From positions 21,157 to 85,156 of the forward strand of contig JAZQCF010000004.1 in NCBI GenBank assembly GCA_045546075.1: a stretch of 64,000 bases of DNA. Direction: 5' to 3'. Positions 57,561-64,000 of the stretch are shown here, piece after piece (within the stretch, counting starts at the first letter, position 1; each line of letters begins with the position of its first letter). Source of the DNA: Candidatus Enterousia sp. GTDB taxonomy: Bacteria; Pseudomonadota; Alphaproteobacteria; Rs-D84. The translations under genes were made by a program, and so were the position numbers. Below the pieces are notes generated by a model, which ran no database searches, had not been told where the DNA came from, and saw only the letters and a list, made by a program, of their open reading frames with translations.

Positions 57561-58973
57561 ATGGTGATGCGGTCATCGATTTTTCTGCGCAAGAATCCAA
57601 CCGGACCGGACGGGGTTGGCAGTGTTGTTCCGGTTGACGTGATTCCGCGTGACGATGTGTGCACCATCTATATTCCCGGTAATGGAATTAAAACATCGCC
57701 CCAGGCGGAAAAACTGGGCGGCATTGTATCAAACGAAGTTTTTGGAAATATAAGCAATGTTGCGAACTATGTTGTCGTTTATAATCCGTTGGATTTAGAT
57801 GACGATACGGCGGAACGCGCAATTCAAATTGACCGGCGCGGCGGAAACTTTGTTCCGCGATTGAGCGGCATTACCCACATTTATTTAACCGAGAAAAATC
57901 TGCGTGATGTATTTCGACGCAAAATTGCGCCGGTATTAAGTGCCGGCGGAATACGGTCTTTTGGAAAAATGCGTTTTGCGTTGGATGGTGATACAGAAAT
58001 TATAATTGATGAATTTACAAAACTGTTGCGTGAACATATGGAAAAAATCGGCCTGGGGGAAAATGTTGGCGCAATGACACGACACGCGATTGCGAATATG
58101 CACCCATATAACGCGTATCGTCCCGAATATATAGAAAGCCTGTTTAACAAAATAATTTTGCCGCGCATATCGGGCGATGATGGTTTGCGTATTGATGCGA
58201 ATATTGCGGCACGAAATATTCGCAAAATGAATATACTAACGCATTGCCACGGCGCGTATGTTGCGCAAATGATGGTAGAATTGGCCGAATCTAAAATGCG
58301 TGAATTGGGATATGCGCCCGCCGAAGTTAATAAAATTTTATCACAATTATTGGTGGTGGCGTTTGCGCCCGCATGCACACTGGAAAAATCAAAGTGCCGA
58401 TTTGTTGGTTTTATGTCTTTATCTGATTCTATGATTGACGGCGCGCATAATTGGGTCGAGGTTTTCGCATGGAAAAATATGAGCGATGAAAGAGTGCGAT
58501 TTAATCAATGGGCCCCAGATTGGGAATGGAAATTGCCACCCATGGTACTGGAACACAATAACGTGGCAACATTTGTTGTTAAACGCCGATTTGAATATGA
58601 TAACGAAGTTGATGGACCAAACAATACGGTCATTGCTGAACATAATAATTTGCATTACTATCCGCGTTTTGCAACCGCGGACGGAAGATTCCTGGCGACA
58701 ATGGCGCGCAATGTAACATTATCTGGAATCCGGAATTCTTTGGCACAACGTGATGCTTTTACCCCGTTACCGGATACGGCAAATTTGGTGTTGGACGGGC
58801 AACACGATGCGACTTTACGGCAAATATTTCAAAATATGACCGAAAGCGGTCGTGCGTTTATGGTGGATGTGTATAAATTTGCGATGGCGAACCTGCGAAA
58901 AATTCATCCCAGAAACAATGAAAACATCCGGGATATAAAATTCGATATCGTATCATCGCGCCACGCACAATAA
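57561..58973 (+). CDS. hypothetical protein (~470 aa)
   Basis: ORF 57462..58973, with the start moved to the ATG after the small lipoprotein ORF. No family recognised. Confidence 0.45.
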   Translation: MVMRSSIFLRKNPTGPDGVGSVVPVDVIPRDDVCTIYIPGNGIKTSPQAEKLGGIVSNEVFGNISNVANYVVVYNPLDLDDDTAERAIQIDRRGGNFVPRLSGITHIYLTEKNLRDVFRRKIAPVLSAGGIRSFGKMRFALDGDTEIIIDEFTKLLREHMEKIGLGENVGAMTRHAIANMHPYNAYRPEYIESLFNKIILPRISGDDGLRIDANIAARNIRKMNILTHCHGAYVAQMMVELAESKMRELGYAPAEVNKILSQLLVVAFAPACTLEKSKCRFVGFMSLSDSMIDGAHNWVEVFAWKNMSDERVRFNQWAPDWEWKLPPMVLEHNNVATFVVKRRFEYDNEVDGPNNTVIAEHNNLHYYPRFATADGRFLATMARNVTLSGIRNSLAQRDAFTPLPDTANLVLDGQHDATLRQIFQNMTESGRAFMVDVYKFAMANLRKIHPRNNENIRDIKFDIVSSRHAQ

Positions 58974-58983
58974 CGAAAATTTG

Positions 58984-59068
58984 TGGTGGGCCCGGGGGGA
59001 TTTGAACCCCCATGGGTTTCCCCACCGGAACCTAAATCCGGCGCGTCTACCAATTTCGCCACGGGCCC
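58984..59068 (-). tRNA. tRNA-Leu (TAG)
   Basis: Acceptor GGGCCCG/CGGGCCC, anticodon loop TTTAGGT, long variable arm, T-arm GGGGG-TTCAAAT-CCCCC, 3' ACCA. Confidence 0.85.
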
Positions 59069-59162
59069 AATTACGTAAAAATTATGTTATGATAAAAAAG
59101 ACTTGATTTCCAGTAAAAAATAACCTAAAATCCCGTGCAGTACAAATAAAAAGGGCAATAAA

Positions 59163-59334
59163 ATGGCATCCAAGAAAGGCAGCAAAGAAATTATCAAACT
59201 GGAAAACAAAGAAACCGGTTATTTTTACACTGTGACAAAAAACAATAAAACCGCCACGGGTAAGGTTAAACGTCGTAAATACGACCCGAAACTGCGTAAA
59301 CACGTTGAAATGACCGAAGGCAAAATGTCACACT
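59163..59334 (+). CDS. rpmG: 50S ribosomal protein L33
   Basis: MASKKGSKEIIKLENKETGYFYTVTKNNKTATGKVKRRKYDPKLRKHVEMTEGK is the L33 pattern. 57 aa, so missed by the ORF track. Confidence 0.85.
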
Positions 59335-59390
59335 AGTGATTAGTGGATAGTGTTAGTAGTTAGTGCGGGCGCAATCGCGCCCGTTTTCTA
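59332..59390 (+). repeat. diverged TAG-TGATTAGTGGATAGTGTTAGTAGTTAGTG repeat plus terminator hairpin
   Basis: Same motif family as 40965 and 49471. Hairpin GCGGGCGCAATCGCGCCCG followed by TTTTC. Confidence 0.5.
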
Positions 59391-59615
59391 TTTGTGTTTT
59401 GGGGGCACGCGCCGACACCGCAATAAACAAAACCCGTGATAAAATATGGATTGTAAAATATTGTCCGGAATCACTTCTTTACCCTGTTCATATTTATGTA
59501 ATTGTCGCACAGATATTGAAAACATCTTTGCGACGTCATCTGCGCCCAGGCAATTATGCCGCCGCGCGTTACGCATTGCGCGCCCAAAATATTTTGAATC
59601 AACCAATGTAACCAT
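59388..59615 (-). CDS. small XRE-family HTH transcriptional regulator
   Basis: NCLGADDVAKMFSISVRQLHKYEQG is an HTH_XRE motif. Confidence 0.5.
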   Translation of the reverse strand: MVTLVDSKYFGRAMRNARRHNCLGADDVAKMFSISVRQLHKYEQGKEVIPDNILQSIFYHGFCLLRCRRVPPKHK

Positions 59616-59847
59616 TTTATACCTCCATTTTGGTTATAAAAACACCGTCAATGACGAATTGACGGTTGGAGGCTGAAAACTATACTTGTTTAGATAGTGT
59701 CTCTTATTCAATATATTCGAGACCCTCCAACCAAAGTGGTGGAGATTTAACAAGTAGGGATTTTTCAGACCCCGCATCGGTCGTCAACCAATGCGAAAAT
59801 ATTATAAATAAAAACGGCCGCATTTGCAACCGTTTTTACACTAACCA

Positions 59848-61527
59848 CTATTTCATTGTTGGGATTATTAGTTCGTCATTATAGAACGACAGGAATTTTC
59901 GCCCGGACCCACAATAGAACTTTTCCAACGAATCGTTATATTCACGTGTCGCCTGGACAAAGCGGTCTTCAATGTCACTTTGCGCACCCTGGTACCCGGA
60001 AAATCCGCCCAATGCGCCACCAACACCCGCGCCCTTTAATGTAGAACCAAGGCGCGCCTTGTTTGAAAAGTCCACAACACCGCCATCATCGGCATCTAAC
60101 TTAATTGGGTTAAAATCATCAATGTTGTACGCGGTGGCCTTGTCCGCATCGGCGGATTTTTCGTCCGTGGCTTCATTACCGCACTTGTACGGATTGCCTT
60201 GCGAATCACGCAGGCATATTGTCGCCTCTTTGTGAACACTGCGCCAATTATACCAATCTTTGGCTTTGATGCCGAACGCAGAATCTATGAAATTAACAAT
60301 AACCGCCGGCGATGGTGCACCCGCGCGGCGCGCAACGTTGGCCGCAAAATATGCGCCGTTCTCACTGCGGGTCATTTCGCGATTTGTATCATCTTCATCA
60401 AAGGTGTAATGTTGGGCATCGGCCAATAAAGCATCGACATCTTTGCCGGACAATTCGATTTGGGTTATTTTTTTGCCACCCTTGGTGCTGATGCTCTTGA
60501 ACACCAATGTCCCATCACGTTGACAGTTTTTATTAGAATCATCACAGACCAGTATTTCGCCTTTGTTGGGGCTGTAATACACATTGGTTGGCAGATTTTT
60601 ATCGTCTGTTTTTTGCAGATTTCCCCACAGACACTTGGTTTCAACACCATTATAGGTACATTTTTCCACGCGCAGGACCGCATCGCCAGACGCCATCATA
60701 TTTCCAACAATTCCGCCCGCCGCCGCGTTCACGCCCGTGTGCAGTATAACATCGCCGGCAACCTTGCCTGAATAAGTACTTGCCGTCATCAGGGCCGCAC
60801 CAATCGCCGCGCCCGCCGCGGTGGATTTTAATTTCTCTTCGTTGGTTCCAAACAGACCGTCACTGCCGATTTCCGATTTGCCAACCAAATTCCCTGCGAT
60901 GCCCGACACAACCGCCGCCGCCGCAATTTTCAAACCGGCCTTGTTCTTTTGTTCTTCGTTCAAGACGTTTATAACATCCGCACGCGTGGGGGCATTATCC
61001 GCCGGGAATACAACCTGGGTAATTTCGGGTAAATATGCAGACGTTGGAAAATCCGATATATTACATTTTATCACATCGCCCGCCGCCAATTTCCCGCGCG
61101 CCACGGTCTTATATTCCAAACCACCGTTTGCACCAATCGCGCGCATTTCAACAACGGCGACACAGGTTGGTGCGCCACCCGCACCACGACCAATTGTTGG
61201 ACGGTCCCAAATGAATTCACCATCGGGATAAATATTTGCGCAATTATTTAACGTTTCAACACTTGTGTTCGTGTCTTCACCACGGCGTATTTGTTCCGCC
61301 AATTCGGTATTTGCCACCGGTATAGGCAAAGCCTGCTCTGCAACCGTATTTACCGGCGTATCGGCGGCGATAGAATTATAATATTGCTGTTCCAGACCAA
61401 CAACATTTTTATATGTTCCGGCATAATTCCGCGACAGGTTCCCAACACGAATACCCGCAAACGCGTGCCCTGCGACAATCGCACCCAGCATTGAATAAAA
61501 AATAACACTGTTTCTTGTCATTCGCAT
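59848..61527 (-). CDS. large secreted hypothetical protein (Gly/Ala-rich, scattered Cys)
   Basis: Signal peptide MLGAIVAGHAFAG. RBS GGGAGAG. The 3' end reads AAATAG followed by TGGTTAGTG on the minus strand. Confidence 0.5.
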   Translation of the reverse strand: MRMTRNSVIFYSMLGAIVAGHAFAGIRVGNLSRNYAGTYKNVVGLEQQYYNSIAADTPVNTVAEQALPIPVANTELAEQIRRGEDTNTSVETLNNCANIYPDGEFIWDRPTIGRGAGGAPTCVAVVEMRAIGANGGLEYKTVARGKLAAGDVIKCNISDFPTSAYLPEITQVVFPADNAPTRADVINVLNEEQKNKAGLKIAAAAVVSGIAGNLVGKSEIGSDGLFGTNEEKLKSTAAGAAIGAALMTASTYSGKVAGDVILHTGVNAAAGGIVGNMMASGDAVLRVEKCTYNGVETKCLWGNLQKTDDKNLPTNVYYSPNKGEILVCDDSNKNCQRDGTLVFKSISTKGGKKITQIELSGKDVDALLADAQHYTFDEDDTNREMTRSENGAYFAANVARRAGAPSPAVIVNFIDSAFGIKAKDWYNWRSVHKEATICLRDSQGNPYKCGNEATDEKSADADKATAYNIDDFNPIKLDADDGGVVDFSNKARLGSTLKGAGVGGALGGFSGYQGAQSDIEDRFVQATREYNDSLEKFYCGSGRKFLSFYNDELIIPTMK

Positions 61528-61557
61528 CTCTCTCCCGCCGTGGCATTACAAATGAAA

Positions 61558-62664
61558 CTAGAACTGTAATCTTAGACGTGCACCAACATCAATCATAGAC
61601 AACCGGCCGCTTTCATACCAATTCGTATAATGGAAAACGCTGTCGTAATCCGCCGCAACTTCGCCACCATATCCGTCCGACAACCATTCGGTTTGCGATA
61701 AAACAATACTGCCCGATGTCTTTACCTTGCCCAGGTTTGCATAACGCGCAAAGAAATCCATCTTAATCCCACCACCAAGGTCCGTTGTTATACCGCCTTC
61801 GACCATAAATGCCAACTGTTCATTGGTGCCACCATTGTGATACGCATATATGTCCGATATACCGGTCAATTTGCCCGCATTTCCAATGGTTGTTCCCAAA
61901 TCTTCGATAATCTTGTAATAAGTTTCATCATAGACAACATAGTCCGCAATCGTATTCAACGATATACCAACACCAACACCGATATACGGCCGCAAAGAAC
62001 CACCCGCCAAATATCCGGTATAAGAATCCAAGTTATAATACAAATTTAACATCGTTGTATTCGCGGTTATCGCACCACCTTCGACCGACGTGTTTACATT
62101 GGCAACGCCCGTATAATCGGCCGTCATAACATGGTCGGGATAACTTAATCCCGAATAGCGGGTATATGAAAAATCCACCCGAAAATCATTATTCAATGCG
62201 GCACCAACCGAAACCTGAAGCGGTATCACAGTATCCGTTTTGAAATCCGCATCGGCAAAGGCACCGGGAACAACATAAGAATCTTTTTCATCGTCATAAT
62301 CCGCATGTATAGAGCCGGAAACACTGGCCGCATATGCCGCAGATATACCCACATACAAACCACTGTCCGCCAAACGGTCATAGTCCGCAGGCTGATAATA
62401 CTGGCGACCCGCCGCAGTTGCCGCCGCCCCAACCTTGGGCAATGTGCCGGTTACGCGCGTTGGATTTGCCGCGACCGCCGAATTCACCGTCAATACGGTA
62501 CTGTTTGTGGCGGGCAACTGAACAACACCCGAACGTGTGTATTTTTGTTGCTGTTGATATTGTTGCTGATACTGTTGCGCATAGACCGGATACGCGGCAC
62601 CCGCGCCCCCCATTGCGGCGACATAAAATCCCGTAAAAGCGGCAGAAAACCAAATTTTTTTCAT
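61558..62664 (-). CDS. outer-membrane beta-barrel protein with an N-terminal Gln/Tyr-rich segment
   Basis: Signal peptide, a YQQQYQQQQKY stretch, and C-terminal ...RLRLQF. Confidence 0.55.
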   Translation of the reverse strand: MKKIWFSAAFTGFYVAAMGGAGAAYPVYAQQYQQQYQQQQKYTRSGVVQLPATNSTVLTVNSAVAANPTRVTGTLPKVGAAATAAGRQYYQPADYDRLADSGLYVGISAAYAASVSGSIHADYDDEKDSYVVPGAFADADFKTDTVIPLQVSVGAALNNDFRVDFSYTRYSGLSYPDHVMTADYTGVANVNTSVEGGAITANTTMLNLYYNLDSYTGYLAGGSLRPYIGVGVGISLNTIADYVVYDETYYKIIEDLGTTIGNAGKLTGISDIYAYHNGGTNEQLAFMVEGGITTDLGGGIKMDFFARYANLGKVKTSGSIVLSQTEWLSDGYGGEVAADYDSVFHYTNWYESGRLSMIDVGARLRLQF

Positions 62665-62775
62665 GCTCTCTTTCTTTCCTTTCTTGGGACATTATATCAT
62701 AAAAACCATATTAAAAAAAGCGTTTAATACAAAACGGGCCCACAAAGGACCCGTTTTATTTTCACATTTACAAAA

Positions 62776-63774
62776 TTAGAACACAAAATTCAAACGAAAG
62801 CCCGTTTCAATCTTGACATCTGTTGTGTTTGAAGACAGGCGTGCGCCGGTATCAAACGTGTTTTCGCCATACCATGCAATTTGTATCCCGTCACGGAATT
62901 GGTATGCCAGGGTCAACATAAACGCATATTCGTTAAAGTGATCTTGCATATCTTTATATTTCGACAACATACCGTCAACATATGGTGCGATTGCCGCCGG
63001 AATATCGGTATAAACACTATCCAAACCATTGGTTGCGTGATATTTATAATTAAACGACAAACCGCCCGACCAACGATCGGTCATTTGATAGAATATGTTT
63101 GCACCGGCGTTAACCTCCCACGTGGATTTAAGGTCAACCGATATTTTGTTTGGTAAACCCGGTAACATGGTCGTAAGGTCTGCAACATTTATTTCGTTAT
63201 TATGATTACCCCATGTACGCAGGACTTCGCCATAAACACTGGCGGTCAGGTCCGACCATGTGCGACCAAACTTCGTTCCAACGTGTGCACCCCAACGACC
63301 ATTGGAATAATTATCATAGTTGAACACGAATTCACCCGGCTTAACCTTGGAGGCGTTTAACGAACCCTTCATCTTTTCAATTCCGCCCAGGTGGAAATCA
63401 CCATACAAATCCCACACATAACCATCCATATCTTTGATAACGCGATATGTTGTACCAAGACGGCCCAGGTGGAATCCACGGCGGTCAATATCCCCGTCAT
63501 ATGTGTAACCGGCCGTACCATGCACCGCCCAACGGTCCGTGATACCAACGCCCAATTCTTGGACCGGCCGCCAAATTGGGAATTCGGTTGCACCGTCATT
63601 ATCACGCAGACGCTGATTGTCTGTGGAATCTGTAATCTTGTACATCACACCAATTGATGTTTTGGAATACACATCACCACCCGATGGCAAATACAACGGA
63701 TTTTCCATATTTGCCGCCATCGCAGATGTTGTTATCGCCGCAGTTGCGACCGCCATACTTATAATTTTTTTCAT
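62776..63774 (-). CDS. outer-membrane beta-barrel protein
   Basis: Signal peptide MKKIISMAVATAAITTSAMA. C-terminal ...FRLNFVF. Start at ATG 63774 with an AAAGGAAAA RBS. Confidence 0.6.
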   Translation of the reverse strand: MKKIISMAVATAAITTSAMAANMENPLYLPSGGDVYSKTSIGVMYKITDSTDNQRLRDNDGATEFPIWRPVQELGVGITDRWAVHGTAGYTYDGDIDRRGFHLGRLGTTYRVIKDMDGYVWDLYGDFHLGGIEKMKGSLNASKVKPGEFVFNYDNYSNGRWGAHVGTKFGRTWSDLTASVYGEVLRTWGNHNNEINVADLTTMLPGLPNKISVDLKSTWEVNAGANIFYQMTDRWSGGLSFNYKYHATNGLDSVYTDIPAAIAPYVDGMLSKYKDMQDHFNEYAFMLTLAYQFRDGIQIAWYGENTFDTGARLSSNTTDVKIETGFRLNFVF

Positions 63775-64000
63775 AAATTTTCCTTTTATATTTTTGTTTA
63801 TCACCAACCCCCATTATTGGCAAGATTGGTGTTATAGTCCCGCACCGCCCGTTATCGGCAACAGTGCCTTTTGGGAATATAACCATAATATGATGACGCA
63901 ACACACAAACAAAGTCAAAACAATTATGTTAAAAATATGAACGCTTGACAAAAAACAACATTTTATTATATCTTGATGAAAGGTGAAATGTTTTATCAAA

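Noticed and set aside
1-64000. CRISPR arrays or cas genes
   Set aside because: No regularly spaced direct repeats with unique spacers were seen. The only tandem periodicities are the protein-coding KKPA repeats (1-228) and the TTAGTGG terminator repeats.

Overview
This 64-kb window comes from a Gram-negative (diderm) bacterium, judged from LptE, LpxI, Lgt and several outer-membrane beta-barrel proteins. It is gene-dense, with moderate GC in the housekeeping parts. Confident housekeeping calls include birA, priA, miaA, gap, holA, map, radC, zapA, parC, a homodimeric-type glyQS, lgt, nrdDG, rpmG and tRNA-Ser/Asp/Glu/Leu. Five regions stand out. (1) At ~3.5-10.1 kb, two about 400-bp composite repeats sit upstream of two paralogous secreted-protein genes. 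A 118-bp core flanked by hairpin inverted repeats lies in opposite orientation relative to the two otherwise identical leaders. This is the signature of an invertible promoter or phase-variation switch. (2) An AT-rich horizontally acquired island (~19.4-34.3 kb) abuts tRNA-Ser. It carries an OLD-family ATPase/TOPRIM nuclease, a ParB-fused DNA methyltransferase, terminase small/large remnants, a DpnII-like two-methylase-plus-endonuclease cassette, a 480-aa protein with a HEPN-like Rx4H motif, a PD-(D/E)xK nuclease operon preceded by a GC-rich structured non-coding element, and a frameshifted large serine recombinase with its DUF2924 partner. This is a candidate defence island with at least one uncharacterised module. 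(3) The NrdD glycyl-radical domain is encoded as a separate 61-codon ORF with its own ribosome-binding site (RBS). (4) A dispersed 'AAATAGTGGTTAGTG...' repeat supplies multi-frame TAG stops plus a terminator hairpin at four gene ends. (5) A candidate 190-nt sRNA has a textbook sigma70 promoter and a rho-independent terminator. All calls come from reading the sequence and the ORF track by eye; no database searches were run.
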